Of a stretch of 64,000 bases of DNA, positions 1 to 13,312 are shown in pieces; the first letter of the stretch is position 1, and the number at the start of each line of letters is the position of its first letter. Location: the NCBI GenBank assembly GCA_951406725.2, contig OX597815.1:200322001-200386000 (forward strand). The letters run 5' to 3'. The stretch is from Octopus vulgaris. Lineage: Eukaryota. Position numbers and translations under genes: made by a program. A model generated the notes under the pieces. It was not told where the DNA came from and did not search any database. It worked only from the letters and a program-made list of their open reading frames with translations.

Positions 1-975
1 AATAAACATGAAGAAGAAGAAGAAGAAGATGATGAAGAAACAACAAAAGCTATAAAACAAATGAAATCCAAACTAAAAATAGAACAGCAACGAACCATGA
101 TAAAACGATGGCAAGAAAAGCCCTTCATGGTAAATACTGCACTAAACTAAACGCAAAAGAAATAGACAAAGAAAAATCCCAGCAATGGTTGAGAAGCTCA
201 GGACTCAAAGCAGAAACAGAAGGATTTTTAATTGCAGCACAAGACCAAAGCCTCCCCACCAGAAATTACCAAAAACATGTAATGAAAAGAAATATTACAA
301 GTAACTGCAGAATATGTGGAGATGGACAAGAAACAATAAATCATATTATCTCTAGCTGCCCAGCCCTGGCTAAGAAGGAATATATTCACAGACATGACAG
401 AGTTGGAACCTACATACATTGGAAGCTATGCCAACATTATGGAATAACAACAGAAAAAAAGATGGTATAGGCACACACCAGAAAAGGTCACAGAAAACGA
501 GAAAGCAACCATACTCTGGGATATGCCGATACACACATATAGAGAAATTAAGGCCAACAGACCAGATATAGTTGTCAGAGATCATGAAGAAAAAAAATGC
601 TTTCTAATTGATGTATCAATACCGGCAGATGACAACGTGTCTCTAAAAGAAATGGAGAAACTCTCAAAATACAAAGACCTGGAAATAGAGGTAACTAGAA
701 TGTGGAATATGAAAACAGATACAATTCCTATCATAATAGGTATCATTTAGGCATGATAAAAAAATATTCAGACAAATACATAACAAAAACACCAGGACTT
801 ACAAACACATATAACATACAGAAAATTGCACTACTAGGCACTGCACACATCCTACGCAGAACACTTTCCATAGAATAACCATCAGAGCATCACAACAAAT
901 CACAGCACATACCCAAGGCACACAGAGCTGCGCTCGGTAGTGAAGTGAAAGCACGCTATAAAAATAAAACTACTG
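1..975 (+). mobile_element. R4/Dong-clade non-LTR retrotransposon, family A, 3' part (runs off window start)
   Basis: ORFs 108-470 and 523-750 carry LKAETEGFLIAAQDQ, CRIC..ETINHIISSC (CCHC), RHD, RPDIV..LIDVS (RLE) and KYKDL; the 3' UTR ends in (AAT)n; near-identical to 11539-12512. Confidence 0.92.
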
Positions 976-985
976 AATAATAATG

Positions 986-1056
<71 letters not shown>

Positions 1057-1078
1057 AATAATAATGATAATAATAATG

Positions 1079-1145
<67 letters not shown>

Positions 1146-1155
1146 TAATAATAAA
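976..1155. repeat. (AAT)n/(GAT)n microsatellite: tail/target tract
   Basis: Seen directly; equivalent tract at 12513-12688. Confidence 0.97.
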
Positions 1156-1158
1156 TAA

Positions 1159-1598
1159 GGATTTCAAAATTTGACACAAGGTTAGCGAATTCAGAGGAAG
1201 GGATAAGTCAATGACATCCACCCCAGTATTTCACTGGTACCTAATTTATGGACCCTGAAAAGATGAAAGATAAAGCCCACCTCGGCGGAATTTGGACTCA
1301 GGAAGTAAAGATGGACAAAATGCTGCTAAGCAGTATCCCCGGCGTGCTAACGATTCTGCCAACGTGGCGCCTTAATAATAATAAAAATAATAATAACTAT
1401 AAATTTTTGCCACAAAGGAGGTGAGAATGATTTGGTTACATCGACTCCAGCGTTCAGCTTGTACTTATTTTATTGACCCAGAAGGATGAAATGCAAAATC
1501 GATCTCGGCGGAATTTGAACTCAGAACGTAGCGACGGGTTGAGTGCCGCTAAGCATTTCGTCCAGTGCAGTAACGATACTGTTTTAGCTTGCTGCCTT
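1159..1598 (-). mobile_element. Two tandem Nin-domain-like SINEs (about 1159-1373 and 1400-1598)
   Basis: Reverse strand matches the family AAGGCGGCGAGCTGGC..GAGTTCAAATTCCGCCGAGG..TTTCATCC..GGGTCGATAAATTAAGTACC seen at 34640 and 49570; duplicated at 12690-13129. Confidence 0.75.
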
Positions 1599-1692
1599 AA
1601 TAATAATAATAATGATAATAATAAAAGTAATAATAATATTAATAATAATAATAATAATGATAGTAATAATAATATTAATAATAATAATAATA

Positions 1693-1778
<86 letters not shown>

Positions 1779-2197
1779 TGCATCCCCTGTGATCATAATA
1801 TCTCAACGAAAGAGTTTGACAAGCTCAGAAAATACAAAGACCTACTCATTGAAATTGAGAAAATGTGGCATCTCAAGGTGGTTACAATACCAGTGATCGT
1901 AGGAGCACTAGGAATGATCAAGAAGGGAACCGAAAATTATATGAGAATGATCCCTGGCTTACCATCCCTGCAAGAAGTGCAAAAGATTGTCTTAACTGGT
2001 ACATCACACGTATTGAGAAGAGCATTGTCGATGTGAGAACTGTTGCTGCTCATGTATTTTAATTTAACTTTAAAAAAAAAATAAAAGAAAGAACTACTGA
2101 GTTTGGTTTAATGGCCTACCAATGTATACTATGAGTTTCTTTGCCCTAGGAGTCGGGAAGACACTCGGCAAGAAATGGAAGCAAATTTGAAAGAAGG
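1779..2197 (+). mobile_element. R4/Dong family C, short 3' fragment
   Basis: KLRKYKDLLIEIEKMWHLKVVTIPVIVGALG..QKIVLTGTSHVLRRAL*; (AAT)n on both sides. Confidence 0.88.
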
Positions 2198-2558
2198 AAA
2201 AAAAAAAATAATAATAATAATAATAAACATGGGTGTGCTACACCGAGACACCCATTCAGAAACAAATCTAATCTAATAACATCGGCGGAATGAGATAAAG
2301 GAGCCTGTGGAAGACTTGAAGGAAGCGGTCTTTTAACAAAAATAATCACAAAAACGTAATTTTACTGCTATACAAATCACAGTTTCCCCTAAGCAAGATA
2401 TCTCAGTGAAACAAGAGCGAAACACACGCGTGAAATCACCACCGAAAAGTTTACAAATTATAAAATAGAAATGGAACAAAACAGTAAGTACATAAACTGA
2501 GTAATTACTCATATACTCGAATGTCTACACAATGAAAATGATAATAATAGTAATAATA

Positions 2559-2630
<72 letters not shown>

Positions 2631-2960
2631 TCTGTTGTCATAGGTGCCCTGGGAATGATAGCGAAAGGGGCTGCTTGCTGCCTAACTCAGATACCAAAAT
2701 GTCAGAAATTCAAAAGATAGTGCTCATGAGAACTGCTCATATCCTACGCAAAATACTCTCTATGTAATCCGAAAGTTTTAATACAAACATTTTAAAAATT
2801 TATGTATTAGACATTCACTAGTACAACACCAAAACAAAAAACCCAAATATATGGCACACTAGGCATAACAACAACGTGAACTTCCAACCTGTTGTCTCTT
2901 TAGGTCTCTGGGTGAGACTTGGAGCCAACTTGTACAAACATAAAGCAAAAGTCAAACATA

Positions 2961-2961
<1 letters not shown>
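2631..2961 (+). mobile_element. R4/Dong family B, short 3' fragment
   Basis: VVIGALGMIAKG plus family B 3' UTR ending CAAACATAG(AAT)n; flanked by (AAT)n. Confidence 0.88.
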
Positions 2962-2996
<35 letters not shown>

Positions 2997-2999
<3 letters not shown>

Positions 3000-5005
3000 G
3001 TATAAGTATGACTGTAAGTATGAGATCATGGAGAACCACACTAACTCTGAACAGTGACAGTGAATCCCTAAATGCTGGTGATGTAAAAATTTCGTGTGGC
3101 ATTTTCCAGGGTGACTCACTGTCACCACTCCTCTTTTGTTTATCCTTAATACCTCTCTCAAAGCTGCTCAATGATGCGCAGTACGGGTATAAAATGTTTG
3201 ATAAAAATATAAATCATCTCGTTTACATGGATGATTTAAAGCTTTTTGCAAAAAATGATCAACAACTCAAGGGCTTACTAGCGATAGTCAAACAATTCAG
3301 TGACGACATCAGAATGCAATTCGGCCTCGATAAATGTGCAAAGGCTACCTTTATCAAAGGAAAAATGACAGAAACATCTAACGTTAACCTTGACCAACAG
3401 AATGTCATAAAAGAACTAGACCCAGCGGAGAGCTACAAGTACCTAGGGATAATTGAAGGGAACGGAATAAGGCATTCAGAGATGAAGGAAAGGATCAGGA
3501 GAGAATGCTATCGAAGAGTGAGAGCAATACTCAAGACAGAGCTGAATGCAAGAAACAGGATCGAAGCAATCAATGCATTAGCTATACCAGTCGTGACTTA
3601 CAGTTTCAATATTGTTAACTGGTCAATTACTGAAATATGTCAGCTCGACAGAAAAATAAGGAAACTGTTGACAATGCATAGAATGCACCACCCTAAGGCA
3701 GATACAGAACGACTCTATCTGCCAAGAAAAGAGGGAGGCCGTGGTCTTTTGCAACTGGCAATAACAATGAAGATTGCTACAATTGGCCTAGACACCTACC
3801 TGAAAAACTCTGAGGACTGGATGCTAAAACTTGTCTCAAAACATGAAAACAAGAAAGCATCATACTCAGTCACAAAACAGGCAAAGGAATATCTAAGTGA
3901 ATTCCGAATACAACCAATTTCGGAATTAGAGATAGATATACAAGAAACAAGCACAGAAAAAGCTAGGCGCATGAAAACCCGTGCCAAAACTGCGGCCTTA
4001 GATATTCTGAATAATAAATGGCAAGAAAAACCTCTCTATGGCAAATACCCAAAGAGAGCGAATAATGCAGATATCGACAAAGCCCTGACCCATCAATGGC
4101 TAATGGCCTCTGGCTTAAAATCTGAAACAGAGGGGTTTATCATAGCAGCTCAAGATCAATGCCTACCAACAAGAAACTACCAGGCCAACATATTAAAGAT
4201 CAGAAGCAGTCCAACGTGTCGTGTATGCAAGCATCAAAATGAAACCATTGACCATGTGGTCTCCAAGTGCAGTCTTCTAGCGCCTACAGAGTATCTCAAC
4301 AGGCACGATAGAGCTGCACAATATATTCACTGGGTAATCTGTAAAAACCTGGATTTGCCCCATGAAAAAACTGGTGGGAACACAAACCACCCCCAGTGCT
4401 TGAAAATGACCACATCTCACTCCTCTGGAACTTCACCATTCAAACTGACAGGAAGATAGATGCAAATAGGCCAGACATCATATTGAAAAACTTCAAACAA
4501 AGAACCTGCCTCCTCATTGATATGACTGTCCCAATCGATATAAACGTATCTGTCAAGACCTACCAAAAACTGAGCAAATATAAAGATCTTGAAATAGAAA
4601 TCAGCAAAATGTGGAAGCTGAAGACTAAAACAATACCTGTTGTCATAGGTGCCCTGGGAATGATAGCAAAAGGGGCTGATAGCTACCTAACTCAGATACC
4701 AGGAAACCCAAAAATGGCAGAAGTTCAAAAGATAGTGCTCATGGGAACTGCTCATATCCTACGCAAAATACTCTCTATGTAATCTCAAGGTTTAAAACAA
4801 ACATAATTTTCGGTAAAAAAAAAACAAAAAAAAAACTTTTTTTTTTTTTTTTTTTTTAGACATTCATTAGTACAACATCCCCACCCCCAAATATATGGCA
4901 CACTAGGCATAACAACAACATGAACTTCCAACCCTGTTGTCTCTTGAGGTCTCTGGGTGAGACTTGGAGCCAACTTGTACAAATATAAAGCAAAAGTTAA
5001 ACATA

Positions 5006-5006
<1 letters not shown>
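2997..5006 (+). mobile_element. R4/Dong family B, 5'-truncated ~2-kb copy
   Basis: GIFQGDSLSP, YMDD, YKYLG, CRVC..H..C, RHD, RPDI..LIDMT; one frameshift in an A-run near 4365; flanked by (AAT)n. Confidence 0.93.
3020..4782 (+). CDS. Partial RT + CCHC + RLE endonuclease polyprotein (frameshifted near 4365)
   Basis: Track ORFs 2876-4459 and 4396-4782; the N-terminal poly-I part of the first is microsatellite and not real. Confidence 0.8.
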
Positions 5007-5047
<41 letters not shown>

Positions 5048-5079
5048 TAATAATAATAATAATGATAATAATAATAGTC

Positions 5080-5132
<53 letters not shown>

Positions 5133-5134
<2 letters not shown>

Positions 5135-6131
5135 CTGAAAAACTCTGAGGACTGGATGTTAAAACTTGTCTCAAAACATGAAAACAAGAAAGCATCATAC
5201 TCAGTAACAAAACAGGCAAAGGAATATTTAAGTGAATTCCGAATACAACAAATTTCGGAATTAGAGATAGACATACAAGAAACAGGCACAGAAAAAGCTA
5301 AGCGCATGAAAACCCGTGCTAAATCTGCGGCCTTAGATATTCTGAATGATAAATGGCAATAAAAACCTCTCTATGGCAAATACCCAAAGAGAGCAAATAA
5401 TGCAGATGTTGACAAAGCCCTGACCCATCAATGGCTAATGTCCTCTGGCTTAAAATCTGAAACAGAGGGGTTTATCATAGCAGCTCAAGATCAATGCCTA
5501 CCAACAAGAACTACCAGGCCAACATATTAAAGATCAGAAGCAGTCCAACGTGTCGTGTATGCAAGCAACAAAATGAAACCATTGACCATGTAGTCTCCAA
5601 GTGCAGTCTTCTAGCGCCTACAGAGTATCTCAACAGGCACGATAGAGCTGCACAATATATTCACTGGGTAATCTGTAAAAACCTGGATTTGCCCCATGAA
5701 AAAAACTGGTGGGAACACAAACCACCCCCAGTGCTTGAAAATGACCACATCTCACTCCTCTGGAACTTCACCATTCAAACTGACAGAAAAGATAGATGCA
5801 AATAGGCCAGACATCATATTGAAAGAATTCAAACAAAGAACATGCCTCCTCATTGATATGACTGTCCCAATCGATATAAACGTATCTGTCAAGACCTACC
5901 AAAAACTGAGCAAATATAAAGATCTTGAAATAGAAATCAGTAAAATGTGGAAGCTGAAGACTAAAACAATACCTGTTGTCATAGGTGCCCTGGGAATGAT
6001 AGCAAAAAGGGGCTGATAGCTACCTAACTCAGATACCAGGAAACCCCAAAATGGCAGAAATTCAAAAGATAGTGCTCATGGGAACTGCTCATATCCTACG
6101 CAAAATACTTTCTATGTAATCTCAAGGTTTA
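5133..6131 (+). mobile_element. R4/Dong family B, 5'-truncated copy cut by the gap
   Basis: Very similar to 3800-4790; stop at 5360-5362 and frameshift near 5510, both shared with 16661-17855. Confidence 0.92.
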
Positions 6132-6231
6132 NNNNNNNNNNNNNNNNNNNNNNNNNNNNNNNNNNNNNNNNNNNNNNNNNNNNNNNNNNNNNNNNNNNNN
6201 NNNNNNNNNNNNNNNNNNNNNNNNNNNNNNN
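6132..6231. other. Assembly gap (100 N)
   Basis: Run of exactly 100 N. Confidence 0.99.
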
Positions 6232-6554
6232 ACCACACACTGCTCGTTTGTAGAAAAGAGCACGAATCAGAAGCACGCATATTCTTTTTCTCCAATCCAT
6301 CTGAATGCCTGTCCATCATCAAAAGAAACTAAACGGATAAATTTCCACTTGCCGTTTCGATTTTTGTTACAACCGTTTCATATATCACTAATTTCCTCCA
6401 CAAACGCATGACAGTATTACATTTCCATCTGCAAACACAAAAGTAAATAAATAGATATATAAATAAATCGGCAACTCTACCAATTACCTTTTCTATTTTT
6501 CTTCTTTATTTCTTTATTTCATTCTTCATATATTTATCTATCATCTATCTATCC

Positions 6555-6586
<32 letters not shown>

Positions 6587-6614
6587 ATATCTTACTATAT
6601 GTATATCTATCTAT

Positions 6615-6678
<64 letters not shown>

Positions 6679-8079
6679 GTCACTTTACGAACTGCTTTCG
6701 AATAGATATGTGCTATATACTAAATCATTCCGTTCATACTGTGATGCACGTTTTATTTTTTTTTTAGAAAATCGAGGTAAGGCGTGAGGGAAATATTTGA
6801 GAAACACGGTTCTAAATTATAATTTAACTTCTGTTTTCACTAGATCCTCATAGTTTATTTTTTAAATCATGCTCTTGCTTTTTTTACACTCTCCGTCATT
6901 TGAATAAAAACAAAATTACTTCTGCGCTTCTATTCTTTTTTAGAAATTTACATTCATTACTTGCCAATGTTGTTCGTCTATACACAATTCCCCTCTCGTA
7001 ACTCTTTCCTCATTTTATAATATATCCATTCTGAATCTCTACACCAGAACACTTGAGTTAACCCTTCAACACAACATGTTCATAAACCCACGTTCTTCCA
7101 GTCTTGTTTACTCTTTTCCTTCTCCTCCTCTCTCTCTCTTTCTCTCTTACTATTTCTATTTCCCCTGATTGATTTCGTTCTTTTCAATTCTTTACATTAT
7201 TCTCGATCACTCCTTTCACTGAAGTATCATTTTATTCTGTTATTGCATTCTCTGCTCTTCTTTCATTGCAGCACCTGAGTGTTTAAAAATTTCACTATTA
7301 TTTTAGTACTTCTCCCCACTTTATTGGGCATTTCTTTCTTTCGTTCTTTTCTTTTTAATTCTCCACCTTCTCTCTCTCAGCCTCTTTCTTATTCGTCCCC
7401 TTTATCCTATCCTTATAGCAAGCGATAACCAAAAATGTTCCGAATAAAATGTCCTCACTTCAATAAAGGCTTGCCATTTAGTTCTCGGCTAGACTTCCCT
7501 TGCACACATGCCTGGATTGCGAGAGATATAGACCAGGACATATATATAAGAATGGTTTTGTTTTGGATTAACACAACTATTCTGGGTTGTGTTTGATTAT
7601 CTTCTGAACCAAAACGTAATTTGTTAGGTTACTCTAGCATTTATCACAAAAATCACACACAAAAAAACAAAAACAAAAGACAAAAGACCAAAAACAATAA
7701 TAAAGCATTAAAAAACAAAGTAATATAAAATAAAATAAAACGAAATATCGACTGCATTTGACCCGTGAATCAAGCTTAATGACGGCGAGTTATACAATGA
7801 TGTTCATGCACTGGCAAGATTTGAACGTAAGACATTAACCATATAAGGCATTTAATCCATCGTACTACTGTTCATTTTTTATTATATTGACATCGTAACA
7901 TAGATTTTATAAAAGGGGATTATAGTCAAGGGAAATAACCCTAGTAATTTTGCTTGTACTTAATTTATAAGTCCTTTACAAGAAGCAAACTTGTTCTCAG
8001 AAATAAAAATAGCGGAAGGGAAAGTATACTCTTTGAAAGTATACTCTTTGACTTCTGCAGGAGATTGGCTGTTAAATAT

Positions 8080-8290
8080 TCTTTACTCTTTCATTTGTTT
8101 CAGTTATTTGACTATGGCCATGCTAGAGCACCGCCTTTAGTCGAGGAAATCGACCCTAGGACATATTTTTGTAAGCCGGGTACTTAATCTATCGGTCTCT
8201 TTTGCTGAACCGCTAACTTACGGGGAGGTAAACACACCAGTATCGGTTGTCAAGCGATGCTGGGGGGGAAAAACAGAAACAAACATATAT

Positions 8291-8331
<41 letters not shown>

Positions 8332-8495
8332 TACGACGGGTTTCTTTCAGTTTCTGTCTACCAAATTCACTCACAAGGCCTTGGTCAACCCGAGGATATA
8401 GTAGAGACACTTGCCCAAGGTGCCATGCAGTGGGACTGAACCCGGAACCATGTGGTTGGTAAGCAAGCTACTTAGCACACACCCACACCTGCGCC
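8080..8495 (-). mobile_element. ~410-bp octopus SINE (OK-like) with internal (TA/TG)n
   Basis: Reverse strand GGCGCAGGTGTGG..GTAAGTAGCTTGCTTACCAACCACATGGTTCCGGGTTCAGTCCC..ACCTTGGGCAAGTGTC..CATGGCCATAGTCAAATAACTGAAAC; multiple copies in window. Confidence 0.85.
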
Positions 8496-9934
8496 TATGG
8501 TAATATTTTTTAGATGCCAGTAATAAAGAGTATTCTTGGCATTTCCCTTTCTGTCTATGTTATTGCAACCAAGTTGTGTCTCATTAAGGAGAGTCTATTT
8601 TCAGCTTGAACCATATGCTCTAGACAAGTGAAAGTTTAAGCCATGCGCGCGTAGCGTTTGCTTATGACATGGCCTTGTTTATTTCGGTGGTGTTTCATAT
8701 AGTTGCAACAAGCTGTTCTTGTGCTATGGTTGTTGTTGGCGCTAGAGTCGGTGACGGAGTCGTAATTACCGCTAGACGATACATCTTAGTTATGTAGTTG
8801 CTGGTGTATTTTTTTCCAGCGGTATTAAACCAAGCTCAGCTGGAGATTAGTGTGTCGATGTTGTTGTTGCTTCTACTACTACTTTACTACTGCTGCCGTT
8901 GATAATGTTGAAGCTCTGACTTGAAACTGGCAGCGCCTGGGGATTCTTGATATTGAAATTGATGAATTGGGAACTGCTGCTGTTGCAGGTATATTGTCGA
9001 AAATTGCGTTGTAAATCTTTCAAACTCAATGTGGCAACGTTATCGCAGCTGTCATCAAATTCTCAGTTGGAAAGACGAAGCCTGGTGATACATGGCTGCC
9101 ACGCTGTTGAGAGACCTTACAAAATGTATGACCTTATTTGTATACGTTCTTTACCTGAAATGACTCTCCTTTCCCTTTCTCACAGTTCACGTTATCGTAC
9201 ATTAGTTTCTAAGGGGCCTTTTACTTCTCGATTCTCAGAAAAACGTTGTACTTTGAAAGTAAAAAAAAAGGAAAGAGAAAATTAATATAGATTATTCAAT
9301 CCAAAGAGGGAATAGAAAAAAAATGGTTGAAAGAAAAGAAATCGCTAAATGATGATGAATTTTCCGTTCTATAAAACTGATAATGAATATCAATGAAAAG
9401 ACATCCCTATTCGGGCAAATAAAACTACAATTTCGCAAATATTATTGGGTAGTCTCGAAGTGTGCCTTTCGTGCCTCATTGGAATAGTAAAACGAATGAC
9501 TGGTTTTGAGTTTAAAGGTCTATGTTAGTGGATTTTATGGATCCAAGTTTTTTACATGGAGATTATTTCATCGAATTCACAAGGGCAAAAGGCAAAACTG
9601 ATAGTGACAGAGATTCATCCCCAAAAGGCAACTAAAACGGTAGTGCATTTCAAATGAGGATTAAACGCTTTCACCCAGACTCTGGGTTACAAATCGTTAA
9701 GACAAGCAAATACATAAATTTGTCGGGAATGGTGAGTCGCCTATTTGGTATCTTATTTCATTGGGTCCAGAAAATTAAATGATATAAACCTTGGCGTGAT
9801 TTGAACTCAGAATACAAATAGTAATAACGATATGCTGTAGGTAAAATGCTTTACCAGTTTGTCAGAATAAATGCATAACAATAATAATTAGGGTGGTGTT
9901 GATGATGCTGAATATAATAATAATAATAATAATA

Positions 9935-10025
<91 letters not shown>

Positions 10026-10182
10026 GGAGTATCATAATAGGAGTATCAAAAGGAGTATCAAAATAACAAACTCGGCATCTGAACAACTTTGGACCCCCAT
10101 AACAACTGAAGAGGTCACCCAGGCACTGCAAAAACTAAGCAACTGGAAGGCACCTGGGCATGACAAGATCCCCAACTTCTGG

Positions 10183-11046
10183 TTGAAATATCTAACAGGA
10201 ATGCACAAAAAGCTGGCTGAAAAATTTAACAGCATACTAGCAGAGCCAGAGACAATGCCTGAATGGCTCACGAAGGGGAAAACCATCTTAATTCCCAAAT
10301 CAAATGAAACAGCAAAACCAGATAACTACAGACCAATAACCTGCCTCCCTACTATGTTCAAGGCATTTACTGCAGTGATATCGCAAAGGCTGAACAAGCA
10401 CCTGGACGAAAACAAACTATTCCCAGAAGAGCAGAAAGGATGCCGCAAAGGCTCATATGGCTGTAAAGATCAACTAATGATTAATAAAGCCGTAACTGAA
10501 GACAGCCACAGAAAGAAGAAAGGCCTCAGTATGGCCTGGATTGACTACAAAAAGGCGTTTGATAGCATCCCTCACACATGGATCCTCGAAACACTAGCCA
10601 TTAACAAAGTAGCACTAACAATCATAAAATTCATAGAGCACTCTATGAATAAATGGCAAACAGTCCTACACCTCCAAACAAAAGAGGGACTCATGAAAAC
10701 CAAAGACATCCCCATTAGAAGAGGAATATTCCAGGGAGACACGCTCTCTCCACTCCTTTTCTGCTTGGCACTGTCACCTCTATCTGATATGCTAAATAGA
10801 ACTGGATGCGGATATAAATGTTACGGCAAAACGATCAGCCACCTTTTATATATGGATGACCTAAAACTATACGCTGCAAATGACAAACAGCTGGAAACAC
10901 TATTAAAGACAGTTCATGTATTTACCAAAGAAATAGATATGAAATTTGGATTAGAAAAATGCGCCAAAGTAACCATGAAAAGAGGAAAACTAGTTAAGAG
11001 TAACAACATCACACTAGATAAAACCAATGAAATAAAAAAGAATTAG
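10183..11046 (+). CDS. Reverse transcriptase domain of family A
   Basis: Canonical non-LTR RT motifs; ends at a frameshift in an A-run near 11035. Confidence 0.88.
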   Translation: MKYLTGMHKKLAEKFNSILAEPETMPEWLTKGKTILIPKSNETAKPDNYRPITCLPTMFKAFTAVISQRLNKHLDENKLFPEEQKGCRKGSYGCKDQLMINKAVTEDSHRKKKGLSMAWIDYKKAFDSIPHTWILETLAINKVALTIIKFIEHSMNKWQTVLHLQTKEGLMKTKDIPIRRGIFQGDTLSPLLFCLALSPLSDMLNRTGCGYKCYGKTISHLLYMDDLKLYAANDKQLETLLKTVHVFTKEIDMKFGLEKCAKVTMKRGKLVKSNNITLDKTNEIKKN

Positions 11047-11106
11047 ACCAAAGCCAAACTTACAAATACTTAGGAATCCATGAAGTAGATAAGACACAAC
11101 ACACAA

Positions 11107-12285
11107 ATGAAAGAGAAAATAAAAAAAGAATATTATAGACGCGTTAGATCAATATTAAAAACAGAGCTCAATGCTAAAAACAAGATAATATGTATCAACA
11201 CTTTAGCTGTCCCAGTTATAAGTTACAGCTACAATATCCTTAACTGGACACGAAATGAACTGACCAAAATAGATAGGAAAACAAGAAAAATAATGACAGG
11301 ATCTAGGATGCATCACCCAAAATCTGACATAGAAAGACTATATATACAACGTATAGAAGGTGGTAGAGGCCTTATACAGCTGGAAAACTACTATAAAATA
11401 ACCACCATAGGACTGCAAAAATATCTACTTCAGAAGGAAGGAAAACTGATCCAGATAGCAGCAAAACACGAGCAAAACAAAAAACTGTTCTCAGTATTTA
11501 AGGAAGCTGACAAATACAAACAAGAAATCATACCACCTAATAAACACAAAAAAGAAGAAGAAGATGATGAAGAAACAACAAAAGCTATAAAACAAATGAA
11601 ATCCAAACTAAAAATAGAACAGCAACGAACCATGATAAAACGATGGCAAGAAAAGCCCCTTCATGGTAAATACTGCACTAAACTAAACGCAAAAGAAATA
11701 GACAAAGAAAAATCCCAGCAATGGTTGAGAAGCTCAGGACTCAAAGCAGAAACAGAAGGATTTTTAATTGCAGCACAAGACCAAAGCCTCCCCACCAGAA
11801 ATTACCAAAAACATGTAATGAAAAGAAATATTACAAGTAACTGCAGAATATGTGGAGATGGACAAGAAACAATAAATCATATTATCTCTAGCTGCCCAGC
11901 CCTGGCTAAGAAGGAATATATTCACAGACATGACAGAGTTGGAACCTACATACATTGGAAGCTATGCCAACATTATGGAATAACAACAGAAAAAAGATGG
12001 TATAGGCACACACCAGAAAAGGTCACAGAAAACGAGAAAGCAACCATACTCTGGGATATGCCGATACACACATATAGAGAAATTAAGGCCAACAGACCAG
12101 ATATAGTTGTCAGAGATCATGAAGAAAAAAAATGCTTTCTAATTGATGTATCAATACCGGCAGATGACAACGTGTCTCTAAAAGAAATGGAGAAACTCTC
12201 AAAATACAAAGACCTGGAAATAGAGGTAACTAGAATGTGGAATATGAAAACAGATACAATTCCTATCATAATAGGTATCATTTAG
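11107..12285 (+). CDS. Thumb, CCHC zinc knuckle and restriction-like endonuclease of family A
   Basis: GGRGL, CRICGDGQETINHIISSC, RHD, RPDIVV..LIDVS, KYKDL; continuation of the upstream ORF. Confidence 0.88.
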   Translation: MKEKIKKEYYRRVRSILKTELNAKNKIICINTLAVPVISYSYNILNWTRNELTKIDRKTRKIMTGSRMHHPKSDIERLYIQRIEGGRGLIQLENYYKITTIGLQKYLLQKEGKLIQIAAKHEQNKKLFSVFKEADKYKQEIIPPNKHKKEEEDDEETTKAIKQMKSKLKIEQQRTMIKRWQEKPLHGKYCTKLNAKEIDKEKSQQWLRSSGLKAETEGFLIAAQDQSLPTRNYQKHVMKRNITSNCRICGDGQETINHIISSCPALAKKEYIHRHDRVGTYIHWKLCQHYGITTEKRWYRHTPEKVTENEKATILWDMPIHTYREIKANRPDIVVRDHEEKKCFLIDVSIPADDNVSLKEMEKLSKYKDLEIEVTRMWNMKTDTIPIIIGII

Positions 12286-12522
12286 GCATGATAAAAAAAA
12301 TATTCAGACAAATACATAACAAAAACACCAGGACTTACAAACACATATAACATACAGAAAATTGCACTACTAGGCACTGCTACACATCCTACGCAGAACA
12401 CTTTCCATAGAATAACCATCAGAGCATCACAACAAATCACAGCACATACCCAAGGCACACAGAGCTGCGCTCGGTAGTGAAGTGAAAGCACGCTATAAAA
12501 ATAAAACTACTGAATAATAATG

Positions 12523-12593
<71 letters not shown>

Positions 12594-12615
12594 AATAATA
12601 ATGATAATAATAATG

Positions 12616-12676
<61 letters not shown>

Positions 12677-12689
12677 TAATAATAAATAA

Positions 12690-13129
12690 GGATTTCAAAA
12701 TTTGACACAAGGTTAGCGAATTCAGAGGAAGGGATAAGTCAATGACATCCACCCCAGTATTTCACTGGTACCTAATTTATGGACCCTGAAAAGATGGAAG
12801 ATAAAGCCCACCTCGGCGGAATTTGGACTCAGGAAGTAAAGATGGACAAAATGCTGCTAAGCAGTATCCCCGGCGTGCTAACGATTCTGCCAACGTGGCG
12901 CCTTAATAATAATAAAAATAATAATAACTATAAATTTTTGCCACAAAGGAGGTGAGAATGATTTGGTTACATCGACTCCAGCGTTCAGCTTGTACTTATT
13001 TTATTGACCCAGAAGGATGAAATGCAAAATCGATCTCGGCGGAATTTGAACTCAGAACGTAGCGACGGGTTGAGTGCCGCTAAGCATTTCGTCCAGTGCA
13101 GTAACGATACTGTTTTAGCTTGCTGCCTT
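12690..13129 (-). mobile_element. Two Nin-domain-like SINEs (duplicate of 1159-1598)
   Basis: Near-identical to 1159-1598. Confidence 0.75.
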
Positions 13130-13223
13130 AATAATAATAATAATGATAATAATAAAAGTAATAATAATATTAATAATAATAATAATAATGATAGTAATAA
13201 TAATATTAATAATAATAATAATA

Positions 13224-13312
<89 letters not shown>

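Larger units (their letters stand above)
10025..12512 (+). mobile_element. R4/Dong family A, 5'-truncated ~2.5-kb copy inserted in (AAT)n
   Basis: Complete RT core (YRPITCL, WIDYKKAFDS, GIFQGDTLSP, YMDD) followed by CCHC and RLE; (AAT)n at 9915-10024 and from 12513. Confidence 0.95.

Noticed and set aside
1473-2036. 187-aa ORF with poly-N fused to an RLE C-terminus
   Set aside because: Chance read-through of antisense SINE, (AAT)n and a truncated element; no ATG start or promoter evidence.
8520-9130. GC-richer block with short ORFs on both strands
   Set aside because: No recognisable motif; possibly an old LINE ORF1 relic but unsupported.
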